64,000 bases of DNA from Azolla caroliniana (GCA_043228905.1 JBHGNT010000013.1:8060001-8124000); one strand, 5' to 3'. Shown: positions 1-13,800, numbered from the stretch's first letter. The notes: a model not told the origin generated them from the sequence alone. Program-made: numbers and translations.

Positions 1-3000
1 AGGTGAAGACATATCCTGATGTCGACTTCCGATTGTCCGGATTACCAATGTCGCCATCATTGCATACATGAGACTTCCTACGATTGATGCGTAGGGTATT
101 CTGCTCATGAGATTTCTCTCCGCTTCTGTGGATGGAGAGTCTCTATTTGATAGCCAGACCAACATTGGAAGTAGTATTGTTGCTGGCTTCACGTTCTCCA
201 TATTGGAGTGCCTCAGCACCTTTCAGATGTAGTCGGGCTAGGAGAGCTGGAGGATCTTTGCTGTCCGATTTCGCTCTATCCACATGCCCAATATGTGTCG
301 GGCTTTTCCGAGTTCCTTCATCGCAAATTTGTTGTGAAGGCTCCGCTTTAGCTTTCCAATTTCAGCTCGATCGTTGCCGGCGATGAGCATGTCGTCGACA
401 TATAGGATCAGGTAGATCCAGGACTTGTCGGCTAGTTGCCGAATGTACATACATAGGTCAGAGTCGAACCAAGTGTAACCAAGTTGCCTGATGTAGAAGT
501 CAAACTTCTTGTACCACATCCTTGACGCTTGTTTTAAGCCATAAAGGCTTTTCTTCAGTCGACAAACGAGGTGACCTTCCTCCCTCGTCGCCATGAAGCC
601 TACCAGTTAAGACATATAGATGTCTTCTTCCAAGTCTCCATGTAGGAATGTCGTCTTTACGTCCAGGTGCTCAAGCTCTAGGTCTTCTTTCGTTGCGATT
701 CTGAGTAGGAGCTGAAGGGTGGTCATCTTGACTACCGACGAGAAGATATCATCATAGTGGACCCTGGTTCTTGTTTGAATCCCTTGGTGACGAGCTGAGC
801 TTTATATTTGGGCTTCTCTGAATTGAATACATATTTGTATCTGAAGACCCATAGGGGAGCAACTTCCTTCCGGTTGGTAATTCAACCAACTCCCATGTCT
901 GATTCTCTTTTATCGAGTCCATTTCGGATCTCATGGCTTGGCGCCATGTTTCGGCATTCGACGCAACTATAGCTTGGTTCGCCTGCGCCCGTGTAATTGA
1001 TGTAGTCTAGGCCCTATTGATAGAACTCTGTTGGCCTTCAGACTTGTCCGGATCTCCTTGGTGCCGATTTTGTTGATTCGGATTCTTCAATCAGTTCTGG
1101 TGTTTGATCGACATTTGTGGAACCATCGTTGTAAGGATTTTGTTGGGGTGATCCGTTATGGCAGTTCTCTTGCATCATTTTCAAATACACCTCTCCCTCG
1201 GGTGTTGACCAGTTTGTGAGTGCCTTGGCCAGTTCAGATAAGCCGGTGGTCACTTTAGCCAGTTGGGCTTTGGTCGGTCTTTTAGCCAATTCGGGGTTGG
1301 TTGTTAGACCTTTTGTCAATTCGGATTTGACAAGAGTGTTGCTGGTTGATTTGGCTTTGACATTTTGTTGATTTTTTGATTCAGATTGAGTAATCGGCTC
1401 GTCTTCTTCCAATTACTTCCTGAAAAGATCGAATGTTACTCTTTTGCTGATTTTCGACTGGGATCGGCTAGAGAGAATTAATTCTTTGTTGAAGACTATG
1501 TCACTACTCCGGATCAGTTTCCCTCATGGTCCTATTGTAGATATCCAAGTTCCCCATAGGTTCCATAACCGAGAAATATACACTTTGTTGAATAGGGCGC
1601 TAGCTTGGTTCTTCTATCTCGGGGGATGAATCAGTAGGCTTCACATCTGAATATACGGGGCCTATCGTAGGTCAGCTTCTTGCCAGACCATAGTGCCTAA
1701 GGCACTTCGAGCCGGATTGCTTTCGACGGCGACAAATTTATCAAGTATACTGCTGTCTACAATGCTTCGGTCCAGAATTCCAGCTTGAGTATAGAATGCT
1801 GGAGCATTGTTGTCACTCTCTCTTGGATTGTCCAATTGATCCATTCCACCATGCCATTGTGCATGGGAGTGTATGGAACGGTCCTTTGGTTCCAGATCCC
1901 TTTGTTAGACAAGTACTGCATGAAGGCCCTAGAGGTGTATTCACCTCCATTGTTGAACCAAAGTGTCTTCACTAGGTGTCCGGATATGTTCTCCACTTCA
2001 GCTAGCTACTGAGTGAAAACCTCCAACGCTTTGTATTTTGACCTAATCGAGTAAGCTCAAACTTTCCTTGTACAATCATCGACGCATGTGATGGAGTTCC
2101 AGGAACCTCCTAGAAATTTTCAGGCATCGGCCTGCAAATGTCGATGTGTACGAGCTCTAGGGGTTGTCGTACAGTCTCGTAGTGGAGTGAATGAGGACTT
2201 TGAGTTTGTTTCCCATAGCAACAATGCTCATAGAAGTCTATTTTCAATTGAAGCTTCGGGATGTAGCTGATCGCCGTCACCCGATCTACTCTGGCTTGTG
2301 ACATATGGCCAAGCCGACCATGCCATAGATTCGAATAAGACCATTAAGCTACGTTCACTATGTCAACTGGACTGAACACATTTAGTGGGTACAAGTTATT
2401 GTACTTGCTGCCATGACTGATTCGAAGATTGCCCTTCGTGATCAACCATGACGACTCACTAAGTGTCATCATGTACCCGGCTTTGGCTAGCATGCTGACG
2501 GAGACCAGATTCCTCTTAAGCTCGGGTACATGTCGGACATGGTGCATGATGATCATATTGCCATTTGGCAATCGAATTGGAACTTTGCCAATTCCAGGGA
2601 TTTTGCATTCCTACCCATTGCCGAGTCGGACAGTGCCATCGGCTCTGACTGAATAATTCGAAAACCATTCAATGTTGGGGGTCACATGAAATGTGGCGCC
2701 AGAATCCAACATCCACGTTCACGCTTCTTGTGTAGTGTAGAGGACTTAGCTGGTCGACGAATTTTCCAAGGAGAGAATTTCCCTTGACCGGGATTTGGCA
2801 ACATTGATTGAGTTTTCGATTTGAGAGTGGTTCAAGTTGGACTGTCCTAGATTTTGCTTGAATGATCGTCCAATCTCCTTCTTTTTGTTGTTCGACCAGT
2901 AGTCAGCAACACTATGGCCAATGGCCAAGTTTTTTGCAATGTGTGCAGTAGGCATTTGCCTTGCCGTTCCGCGACTTCGACCTTTGGCAATCATTTCTCC

Positions 3001-3020
3001 TCTTTGGCCAATTTGGGCTT
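1..3020 (-). pseudogene. Degenerate Ty1/copia gag-pol (Zn knuckle, protease, GAG-pre-integrase, integrase, RT); runs off the left edge
   Basis: ORF fragments: LKKSLYGLKQASRMWY and LYVDDMLIAG (238-594), EMDSIKENQTWELV (752-934), NGGEYTS/TVPYTPMHNG (1757-1996), LELVHIDIC (2110-2304), VRHVPELKRNLVSV (2344-2571), WMLDSGATFH near 2690-2715; many stops and frameshifts. Confidence 0.93.
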
Positions 3021-6000
3021 CAACCAACTCTTTCGGTTACTTGAACACCCAGACTTCGACACTATGCCGTACTCGTATCCACGTTATACGGATGGTCCCG
3101 ATGCTGAATCACACATCCACTCTTTTATGTCGACTTGGCAAGCCAACCATTCAATGTAGCATCTCACTGTTGCGGAGGCTGACGCATCAAAAATCGTGGA
3201 GTTCATACTGTCCCTCGACGAACCCGCTGCACAGTGGTATTCCTGCCACGATCCTGGGGAATTTGCGATGTTTTAGGACGTTTGCACGCGATTCCTCGAA
3301 CTTTTTCATCGCGAGATACCTAAGAGGGAACTGTTCCGCCAGTTCTACGCTATTTCACAAGAACCACATGAGACGGTTTCAGAGTTCACAATCCGCTTCC
3401 AAGATCTATATCAAGAGCTCTCTCAAGATGTGTCCACAAACCATCTCAAAGACACCTTCCTAGTAGGACTACGAGAGCCTCTGCGCACGACTCTAACCTT
3501 AACCAACTTCTCACAACAGACAATTGAGCAGGTGGTCGCCCACATCCTTGTTGTCGACTGAACTTAGCATAATACCTCTTCTTCGATGGGGTCACTCCAG
3601 AACGCCTTGCCGACCCACGAAGAAACCCAATTCTAGCAGGCTCTCCAATGTACGACATGCTCCAATTCTAGCCACTCGACCGTGGATTGCCCTCTTCGTT
3701 CACACTGCCCGATCTGCCATTCCGGGGTGCATACGGTAGAGCAGTGTGAATACAATATGCTTAACTGCACCGCTACTGCTCTCATACGCCAAATTGAGCC
3801 CCAGAATGATCATCCTCGGCAGGATGATCGTCCACCACCCCGGAATCGGGATGCCGAGCGGCCATAGTACGAGGACCGAAATTGCCGTGAGGAATGTTAC
3901 CAGCCTGAGGAAGATCACTTTCGCTGGGATAATTGGTTTCGCGAGGAAGAGCGTTACCGGCCGAACAATAGGCCTCGACTTGAGGACGACCGATACCGAT
4001 ATAGAGAGGACTACTATAACCCAACCGATGACTACTAACGATATGACTATGATCAGGATGACTATCATGAATCGAGGTATCAATGGCACGATCGACGGCC
4101 TCCCCATAATAATCGAGGTCCTCGGCAATAGGGCAATAATGGACGAAATCCAGATAACAAACGACGGCAACCCCCGTGTCCAGATCATCGATGACCACCT
4201 CCCCACACCGAGCCTCGAGAAGAACCCCACCGAACGCAACAATATGCCTCGCCGGCCAGAGAGGAAAATTCCCGACCGTATTAACCATCTCAATTCGAGC
4301 AAGGGGAATCGAGCAACTCGACGCCGGTGACGTGCTTTAATTGTAATCAACCAGGGCACTACACCACATAGTGTCCGGCAAAATGATCGTGACAAAGAAC
4401 CTACAATCAATATCATTACGGCCGAAGTCCAGTAGGTCACGACACGAAGCAAGGCCCAACACGCGCAATGGGAAATCCAAGATGATGTTTGTCAGGCCAC
4501 AAAGGAATGGATCGAGAAACCTAATAATGCAAATGTCAACCGTATGCATACACTAGCTGGTAGATATCCATGCCCTTAAATAAGCTCCTACATCTTCTTC
4601 CATGGTTCAGGGAGACAATGGCATCCTTAACTACCGGCAAAGCACAGAAAACTATGCCCATGCACCTTGCCGAGCCGAGGGACGGTCCACCGCTAATGGA
4701 CTCCCAGAACCCCACTGTCAAGATCATTATCCAAGGGAGAACCATTCACGGCTGGATTATAGATGGGGGATCGGGGGTCAATGTCATTAACGAAGCCACT
4801 CATTAATGAAGCCACGTGTCGTGATCTTGGCCTCACCGACTGGGAGCCATGCCCATTTTGGCTCCGTATGGTGGATACATGATTGATCCCGCCAATGGGT
4901 TTAATTTGATACCTCGACTTTATTTTGGGAGGCCATACCTTCACGATTTCAGTGGTGGTGTTACACCTCGACGCCCTTGACACTTACCCGATGTTGCTCG
5001 GTCGTTCGTGGTTACGCATGACCAACATTAAGGAACATTGGCAGTGTATGATTTCGTTTCAGCGGGGAAAAAACCAAGGTCTCCGTCATCATGGAGGAGC
5101 ACATTCATACCTCACAAAACACCACTCCGTTATACGCGGAGGTCGTTCACATGCTTGATGGACTCGTCAATGAGTAAGTTGACCACTTCTTGGAGGACCA
5201 CCCAACAATTGTTCCGCTATTCGATATCGACATGGTAACAGCCGTCGGTCCTTATGTGTCCGAGCCGGCCAAAGAAGACAAAGATATCGATCGAGAACTT
5301 GATCCGAAGTCGGTCGAAGAATTATGATATGCACGCGAAGTGCTCGAATGTGAGCTTGCCATCTCTGAACATGTGAAGGCATCAACACTGGACGAGATTA
5401 ATCTCGGCACCACCATGGATCCACGAACATTGAAAATAGCAAAAGAACTGACTCCGGATGAACGCTTGGCTTTGGTCGGGTTGCTCATAGAATATCAGGA
5501 TGTTTTCACATGGTCGTACAGGGACATGAAGGGGTTAGACCCGCAATACTATCAACACCAGATCCATCTACAATAGGATGCACAACCTATACACCAACGT
5601 CGCTACCGAATGAATCCTAGTTATGTGGCGAAAGTAAAGGAGGAAATCGACAAACTCCTGAGTGTGGGATTCATTCTTGAAGAGAAAGGGCAACATGGTT
5701 AAGCCCTATCGTGGTCGTCTTGAAGAGAAACGGACAAATCAAAGTTTGCGTCGACTACCGAAAACTGAACGCCGCGACCATCACTGACACATTCCCTCTT
5801 CCCTTCATAGATGGTGTGCTTGACGCTGTGGTAGGACATGAGCGTTATAGCTTTTTGGATGGATTTAGTTGCTACAATCAGATCCACATGAACCCCGACG
5901 ATCAAGAGAAGACATCATTTGTAACAGAATGGGGTGTTTTTGTTGTAGTCGTAATGATGTTCAGACTAAAGATGACGTCGACTACTTTCCAACGTATTTT

Positions 6001-6182
6001 CGACGACTACATCGTGGGCTTCATGCAAGTCATTCTCGACAATTTTGCCATCTATGGACGAGAAATAGAGAATCTCGACTAGTTACGCCTCTGCCTCAAT
6101 CGTTGCTAGAAAGCTCTGCTCAGTTTAAACCCTAGAAAATGTGCATTTTACGTCTCTAGTGGCACCACGAAGGGATCTCTAT

Positions 6183-6585
6183 TAGGGATCGACAACGGCT
6201 CGGCTCAAGCCTAAACCGTTTGGCTTAGCCGGCTTGAAAACAGCTTGGCGGCTCGGCTCAGCTCGGTTTAGGCTTGAACTTGCCTTAACGGTTTGAGCTC
6301 GGCTTGGCTTGGCTTGAGCCTCGCCAAACCGGCTCAAGCCGGCTAAACCGTTTAAGCCGTTTATAAACTTTAGAGAGAGGGGGAGAGAGACAACAGACAA
6401 GGGGAAAAAGAGAGAGAGAGAGAGTGAGTGAGAGAGTGAGGGAGACTAAACAGACGATGGGAGAGAGAGAGGGAGGGAGAACTACACAGACGTGGAGAGA
6501 GAGAGAGAGGGAGGGAGACAACATATAAGGAGAGAGAGAGACTACAGAGACGAGGAGAGAGAGAGGGAGGGAGGGAGACAACATA

Positions 6586-6627
<42 letters not shown>

Positions 6628-7015
6628 ACATAGAGGGGAGAGAGAGAGAGAGAGAGAGAGAGTCGAGACCACAAACGTGAGAGAGAGTGGGAGGGAGAGC
6701 TTGTACAATGTATAGTATATAGTATATAGTATATAGTGGATCATCTGAGAGAGAGAGGGAGGTAGGGAGAGAGAGAGAGAGAGGGAGGGAGGTTTCTAAA
6801 CCGGTTTCCAAGCCGGTTTGGAAACCGGTTTACAAGCCGTTTACCAAACCGGTTTACAAGCCGTTTACCAAACCGGTTCAGCCTAAACCGGTTTGTGAAC
6901 TGGCTCGGCTCGGTTCGGCTCAAGTTTGAGATCCTGTAAACGGTTTAGGCTTAGCCGGTTTGGCCTGATCCAAGCCAAACCGGCTAAGCCTAAATCGAAC
7001 CGTTGCCGATCCCTA
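6183..7015. mobile_element. Non-autonomous hAT-type element (MITE), 833 bp
   Basis: 16-bp TIR TAGGGATCGACAACGG / CCGTTGCCGATCCCTA (1 mismatch); perfect 8-bp TSD ATCTCTAT at 6175-6182 and 7016-7023; many subterminal AAACCG/AAGCCG motifs; no transposase. Confidence 0.93.
6372..6791 (+). repeat. (GA)n-rich microsatellite core of the MITE, with a short (TATATAG)n patch
   Basis: Directly visible GA runs; TATAG repeats near 6710-6737. Confidence 0.95.
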
Positions 7016-7169
7016 ATCTCTATGGACCTCGACAAAGTTCTGGCCTTCTTGAACACCTTGGCTCCGACCACAACAAAAGCCCTCAACCGATTTTTGGGGA
7101 AAATCAGGTGGCACAATCGAATGCTATGATACATGGCCGAGTTCGTGACACCGTTACACGTGGCTGTCG

Positions 7170-7286
7170 GTAACATTCCTCACGGTGTCGGATGATCAAC
7201 ATGTCCTGCATCATCTCCTTCCATAGGGCAAAAGTTTTTCCGTCGAACTTCCGGATTTCCACTCCTGTGCCAGATGTTGAAGCCAT
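7170..7286 (-). pseudogene. Copia gag N-terminus, probably the same element as 1-3020
   Basis: MASTSGTGVEIRKFDGKTFALWKEMMQDMLI, the typical copia gag start (KFDG.NF..WK). Confidence 0.8.
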
Positions 7287-7460
7287 CTTTTGTGAAAGTG
7301 ATATTGTTGCCCTGATCCTTTCCTACTTAGGTTCTGTGCTGCTGTTGCTACCAGTGTCATAGTGTACTTCGTACATTATGTGAAATATGTACGGAGTACT
7401 TGATTAAATAAAAATAAAGAAATAGAAGAAATTATTAAAATATACGTTACATGCACAACA

Positions 7461-7523
7461 CAAGGGAGGATTCAAACCTTGTACCTCCATGTAAAAAAAC
7501 CTAAACCTTGCCATTGTACCAAC
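7461..7523 (-). other. Degenerate tRNA-like (Pol III A/B box) sequence, possible SINE head or TE end
   Basis: Minus strand reads TGGTACAATGG ... GGTTTGAATCC with tRNA-like spacing; no good cloverleaf. Confidence 0.4.
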
Positions 7524-7919
7524 TCATCAGAGATATATAATTATGGATTTAATATTTAGAAAAGATTATACTGAAGTATAAATTTTAGAAAAAACTACTT
7601 ATGTACGTGTCACGTGCATAAAACTTTAGTTAAAGAAAACTTTTTATAGCAAAAGCTACTCATGCACATCTATCATGCAGGAACACTCTAATTAGAAAAA
7701 AAAGCATGATAGAAAAGGCGATTCATGCACATCTAGCGTGCATGAACACTTTAGAAAAAGCATGATGCTTCACATGTGGTAAGCTATATTTAGCCTCTTC
7801 CATCACTATATGAGGAGAAGAGAAAGATGTATTTTGGGGTTGATTCTTGGGTTTTAATAGGATTTCTAAATATTGATCTAATTTACTATACTCGTGTGAT
7901 TCACGATTTCTCGATCTAT

Positions 7920-8414
7920 TGTTAACAGTTTTTGGGGAAACACCTTCGATGAGCTCACAGGCTATCGGTATCAAGGGATCGTGTTACGTGGAAGCCTCTT
8001 CTACGCTGAGAAGACGATATGAGAACGAGGAGCATACACGGGCTACAACCCGTTAGGCATAGACGTAGCTCGGTTGCGAGTACTGGGGAGAATACACAGA
8101 TGAAGGAACAGTAAGAGCAAGATCTATATTAAATGAAAAGCTCACAACGATTACAATACACGGCGCTCGGCCGGAAACAGGTTGTGCAGAGCTTAGTGCA
8201 TGATAGTAATCTTACTAAATAATCTATATCCTCCCCCTTTTGAGGTATGCATATCTCGGGTTATATAGTTTTCCTCTTTAGACAGAGCCGAGCCATCGGC
8301 TGATTGTGAGGGCTAAAAACTCGACTATTTCTAGTTCTACCTATTTCCTCACCTACTATTCTACCTACCGGCGAGTTTACATAATGTATTTATATTTCTG
8401 GCCTATGGACAACA
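7920..8414 (-). repeat. Element A 3' LTR
   Basis: TGTTAAC...GACAACA, direct repeat of 40479-40974. Confidence 0.95.
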
Positions 8415-8416
8415 CT

Positions 8417-8433
8417 TGGCATGCCTGTGGGAC
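8417..8433 (+). promoter_or_regulatory. Inverted PBS-like site (tRNA-Arg 3'-end match) at the PPT position of element A
   Basis: TGGCATGCCTGTGGGAC, 2 nt from the LTR; differs from the C copy by two C>T changes at CpG. Confidence 0.7.
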
Positions 8434-8550
8434 AGGACTTTGTCCGTCAGACCCACGATTCACAAAGTGGAGAGATAACCACGAATTTTGCAAAAAACCA
8501 AAAATTCTTTACAAAATTTGCCCGTTTATATATGGGCTTATGGGTTTGTC

Positions 8551-10333
8551 TTAATCCTCTTCTAATATGCTGAGGATATCCTCAGGGGTGTGGGGTCGGT
8601 CTGGCTGCTCGGAAGGTGGGGTTGGTGATGGAGGTTTTGCTGCCGAGTCGGGGGTGGCTGTGTCGTCGCGTGTGCCGCCCTTTGTTGGTTCCGATTCAGG
8701 CAGGGTCGTGGTTGTAGTTTGTGGCTCAGTTGGGATGTGGGGATCTGTAGGAGCAAGTTCCTCCTGTTTGGCTTCCGTGGGGGTGGGCTCGGGTTCTTGC
8801 TCGTCGGTCGTGGCAGCTCTGTTAGTCCTGGTAGCTAGGCGTTCCTCTTCATAAGCTTCGGGTTCTAAATGGAACACCATTAGATCGTCGTTGAATTCCT
8901 CGAGAAGTTGCTCGTTGGCCGCGGTGTGGGATGCTGGTAAGGTATGATATTCCTCAGTCAAGTCTTCACGGAGGGTCTGGATGCTGGTGTCATCCATCTT
9001 GTAAAACCCTTGGCCCTCCTTCGGTTCTCGGCGTCCGCACATAGTATGTGTAGTTCAGCGGCTTGGGCCGACCATTCCTGCCAGACACGGTCGAGTGTTT
9101 CCTCGATCTTCTTGGTGAATTGCTAGCGATACTTGTTGATCAGGATCTTTATTTTAGTATTGTCCATGCCGATGCTAGCTCGGTGAACTTCCACTTCCTC
9201 CCTTGCGGCCTTGGCGTCTTCTTGGCTTTTGTGGACGAGGAGCGCTAAGGTAGCTTGGTTATCTTTTGCTTTTTCGGTTATGAGCGCGATTGTCTGCTGG
9301 TAATGTTTGGTGAGCTGAGCTACAGTTTCGTCCCTGTCTTGTCTACAAGTGTCCCGATGTCGTTCTCCAGCAGCGATGTGCTCGGTTTGCAATTGGTGAT
9401 ACGCATCGGAAATTTTCAACCTTTGCTCTTCAAATATCCCTCACTTTTGCACGTGCTCGTTTGCCAATTCTAGTAATGCCCTTTGTTGACGGCATAATTC
9501 TTGGTTGTCTACGAATAGCTCGCGTTCCCGTTGGCTATTCCGCTCTACTTCTTTGAGGAATCGTTCTTTGGCCTCGGTGATAGAGACCTGAAGGGTCATC
9601 ACCTCTCTTTCTTGTTCTTTGAGTGCGGCCGAGCTTTCAGCAAGTAGTCGCTTGAGGTCAGGTTCATGGCCCGCGGCTTGTTCCCGTAGTTGGCCAATCA
9701 TGTGGTTGTGGTTTTGTTCTGCTAACTCGGCCAGAGCGATCTGGGCCTTAAGCTCCTTTTGGTAGTCACGGAGGGGAGGTCCGGTCTGGGTTGCAGCTTG
9801 CTGGTTCCGGGGAGTGGGTTCCCTGTCCGTCTGTGTAGATCTTTCCATGAAGACAGGTGGTGGTGACATTTGCGTGGAAGCGTGGTTGGTTTGGGGTTGC
9901 GGGCTTCTCTCTACTCGTGACGATGGCTCGCTTATCTGTACCAAATCCGTCCTTGTGCTTGCATCAACCGTGGCTACCCTGGGGTGAGCTGTGTAGTCGT
10001 TGTGTGCTTCGGTAACAGTAATACTCAGGCTCGGGTTCGGAAGAGGGGCTAGTGGGACATCGTTACTCGGGGTAGTGAGGCTTAAGAGCGGATGTTCTTG
10101 ATGTTGCTGTTCTAATGACGCCAGTTTCTGCTCGATAGCTTGCCATAGCTCGGTGGCCCGTTTGGCTTGCTGCTGTGTCGTTTTGACACGTCGGGCCATG
10201 TCCTTGGCTGCCCGAGTTGTGTGGTGCAAATTGCGATATGCCTCGACTAAGGCCGTGTTCAGATTTTGTAACTCCATGAGGAGGGAAGCATTCTGTGCTT
10301 GCTTTTTCCTCCCTATCTTTTGTAAAGCTCGAG
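8551..10333 (-). pseudogene. Element A extra 3' ORF, C-terminal coiled-coil/acidic part
   Basis: Fragments 9441-10333, 9123-9419 and 8551-9042; ends EDILSILEED, similar to the C and D termini. Confidence 0.7.
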
Positions 10334-10859
10334 AGAAGATAAAAGGAAGAGGAGGAAAGGAAGATACAGAAGGAAGATCGACCAACAAAATCAGTTCAAA
10401 CTGTTAGGAACAGTACTAAGATAGAGAAGGAATTAGTACTAAAAGAAGTATTAGTATTAAGAGAGGTGAAGAACTCTCGAGAGAAGGAAAGAGTGAGTGA
10501 GAGGGAGGGAGAGAGAGAGAGCGCGAGAGAGAGAGGGTGATGATAAGAAAAGATATATATTATGTGAAGAGAATGTACAATAGTAACTAGGAGGCTTAAG
10601 ACTGGCGTTGAACCGATTTGGTTTGAAATAATGCCTTGTGCCTCCTTTTATAGTGTTCTAAGGAATACTCCTGAAGTTTCTAGAATGTTCTAGAGAAATC
10701 TAGAATATACATCAATTTTCTATAATAAAACATAAATGAAAATAATATTTTGTGTATTACAATGTATGGTCTAATGGTCAAGAGCTCAACCCATGTAGCA
10801 TAAGGTCACAGGTTCAAGTCTTGCCATATCATGACAATATCCCCCCTTTAAAACGACGA

Positions 10860-13800
10860 GTGTAACGAGTCATTTTGGTATGAGGACCTGGTTTGTTTGG
10901 ATATTGATGATGGAAGTCTTCAAGAAGAGCACGAGCATTGGTGACATTCTCTATCGGTTCCCAAGTACGCTCGCTGGGACTATATCCTAGCCAATTGACT
11001 AGATAGTAGAGCTTGTTGCGAACAATCTTGGAATCAAGGATGGCGGCAACCTCATACTCAGGTCCATCTTCAAGCTCGATCGGGGGTGGAGACTATGTAA
11101 TACGTCCTGGGATGGTGCTCTCTTGATAGGGTTCGAGGAGAGAACTATGAAACACCGGATGTATCCGAAGTTGTGGAGGTAGATTGAGATGAAAAGTGAC
11201 ATCATTAATCTTTCCTATAATACGGAAAGGACCTAATCGCCGATAATCCAACTTCTCGCATGGGCGAGTAGTCTTGATGTGTCGTCGTAGTAGCCATACC
11301 CGATCTCCAATGTTAAAACTGGATGGGAGTCGATGAAGATCTGCATAAACCTTGTGTGTTTGTTGAGCTTGTTGGAGATGAGTAGATAAATCCGCTTGTA
11401 TCTTGCGTAATCGCTCCAAACGATCCTCCGCGCAAGGATTTGTGGACACCTCTAGGGTTTCAAGTACACACCACCGGGGGTGACATGCCATATAAGCATA
11501 AAATGGCGTAACTTTAGTCAATGCGTGGATAGAGTAATTATAAGCAAATTCGGAAAAGTGGAGAATATCTGCCCAGTCATCCTGATGATAGCTGAGAAAG
11601 CACCGCAGATATTGCTCTAGCGTTTGATTTGTTCGTTCGGCTTGGCCGTTGGTTTGTGGGTGGTAGCCGAAGAAGAGGTTACAAGTGACCTTGAGCATTT
11701 TAAAAAGGTGCTTCTAGACTTTTGACACGAATTGGGGTCCACAGTCGCTGATGATACTATCGGGAAGTCCAGGATGCTGACATACTTCACGCATGACAAT
11801 TTCAGTGGTGTCTTCACTGGAGATTTCCTTAGTACATGGCAAGAAATGAGCCATCTTCGTATATCGATCTACCACTATTAGAATCGCATTGAACCCCTTA
11901 GAAACTGGAAGATTTGTGATGAAGTCTAGAACAATGGATTGCCACGGGTTGCTTGGAATTGGTAATGGTTCTAATAAACCATATGGATGATGCCTTGGCA
12001 TTTTCGCTCTACAGCATGTATCACAAGTCCGAACAAAATCTTCGACAAATTGTCGCATACGGGGCCAACAAAATGATCGTTGTACTAAATCTAATGTTTT
12101 AGGACTACTAAAATGCCTAGTTGTATATGTGTCATGACAGTTTTGTACTACTCGAAGGCGGCAAGAACCATTAGGAACATACAAAAGTTCTTTAAAGAAG
12201 AGTAATCCATCATGGTATTTGAATTGCCGATAATCTGTACCTGGTGGTTGCGATTGTGAACACGACGCTCGAGAGGGATCAATTTGTGCTAGTATAGTTT
12301 GGGCGAAAGCATCTGTCTTTAGGTCCGCACGTATGATATTGATAACGTAGGAATCCAAGGGCATGCCAACGACCTGAGTTGCTTGCAGTCGTGCCGGTTC
12401 CAAGATTAGTTGCTTTTGGTTATCGAAAGCTGGCTCGCCGGGACGCGGTGCTAGGTACGAACGCCGTGATAATGCATCTGCTTTCCCTTGATGCTTCCTA
12501 GGTCGATATGTAATCTTGAAGTCGAAACGCGTGAGAAAATGGGCCCACCGAGCTTGACGTCGATTTAACGCACCAACGTCTTGAAAATAGGCGAGGTTTT
12601 TGTGGTCACTTAATACAGTGACTTGATCAGAAGATCCCTCTAGAAAATGCCTCCATTGCATAAAAGAGTCCACTATAGCCAATAGCTCTTTATCATGAAT
12701 TTCATAGTTGATTTCGGCAGCGTCAAACTTGCGTGAGTGAAAAGCCACAGGATGTAGCTTTTCATCATTACCTCGTTGTGATAGAATGCTCCCCAATGCA
12801 AATTCCGATGTGTCCGTTTCAATGATGAATGGTATATTTGGATCAACGTGAGCTAGAATCGGAGCCGATGTAAATGCCTGTTTAAGATTCTCAAAAGCCA
12901 TGTCCGCTTCTTCAGACCAAACGAATGATTGTCCCTTCCTAGTAAGTTGTGTAAGAGGCAAAACGAGCTTTGAGTAATCCATTATAAACTTCCGGTAAAA
13001 ATTGGCGAAGCCTAGAAAGCATTGCACATCCCACGCAGAGCGGAGTCTGCCATTCTACCAGCATTTTGACCTTAGCTGGGTCCATGGAGATGCCTTCTGA
13101 GGAAATGACATAGCCGAGAAATTCCACCTGGTTGCACCCGAAACTACATTTTTCCAGCTTTGCATAAAGACCATGTTCTCGAAGTCGTTTTAGTACTAAC
13201 AATACATGAGAATCATGCTCTTTTTGGGTCTTTGAGTAAACCAGTAGATCATCCAAATAGATGATTAGACACACATCCAAGAGATCTCGGAAAATATCAT
13301 TTGCCATGTGCTGGAAGACTGTTGGCGCATTAATGAGGCCGAACGGCATGACCGTATACTCGAACTGCCCATATCTAGTGCGGAACGCGGTCTTCCATTC
13401 ATCTCTTGGTCGGATCCGTACAAGGTTATAGGCTCCCCATAAGTCGATCTTCGTGAAGAACCTGGCACCATTGATCCGTTCTAAAAGACTTGAGATAAGG
13501 GGGAGTGCATAACTATTTCGGATTGTAACCTTATTCAAGCCACGGTAATCTACAATGAGACGAAGTGATCCATCCTTTTTCTTGATGAAGAAAATGGGTG
13601 CGCTGGCTGGAGATTTCGAATGTCGTATGAAACCATTCTCCAAATTCTCCTCTATATAGGCTCGAAGGACTTCCAGTTCGGTTGGTGACAAATTGTAGAT
13701 CGGTCCCCATGGTGGCTCTTTACCCGGTTGTAAATCGATGGGGCAATCATATGGTCGATGGTGAGGAAGCGTATTGGCTTGTACTTTATCAAACACATCG

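Larger units (their letters stand above)
3025..7169 (+). pseudogene. LTR-less internal fragment of a non-chromovirus (Phygy-like) gypsy element: gag, protease and part of RT, interrupted by a MITE
   Basis: MPYSYPRYTDGPDAESH (gag, similar to elements A/C/D), CPICHSGVHTVEQC knuckle, IIDGGSGVNVI protease, VCVDYRKLN and FLDGFSCYNQI RT motifs; reading resumes after the MITE at 7024. Confidence 0.88.

Noticed and set aside
6285-6811. Ser/Leu- and Glu/Arg-rich ORFs
   Set aside because: They are translations of the GA microsatellite in the MITE
8415-8433. Reading A, C and D as plus-strand elements with antisense gag-pol, using the left site as the only PBS
   Set aside because: TATA boxes and a second PBS lie on the minus strand, and there is no plus-strand PPT before the right LTRs
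8306-8554. Small ORFs repeated in LTRs (also 40800-40988, 41284-41487, 46559-46795)
   Set aside because: Repeated only because the LTRs are repeated; they diverge beyond the LTR edge
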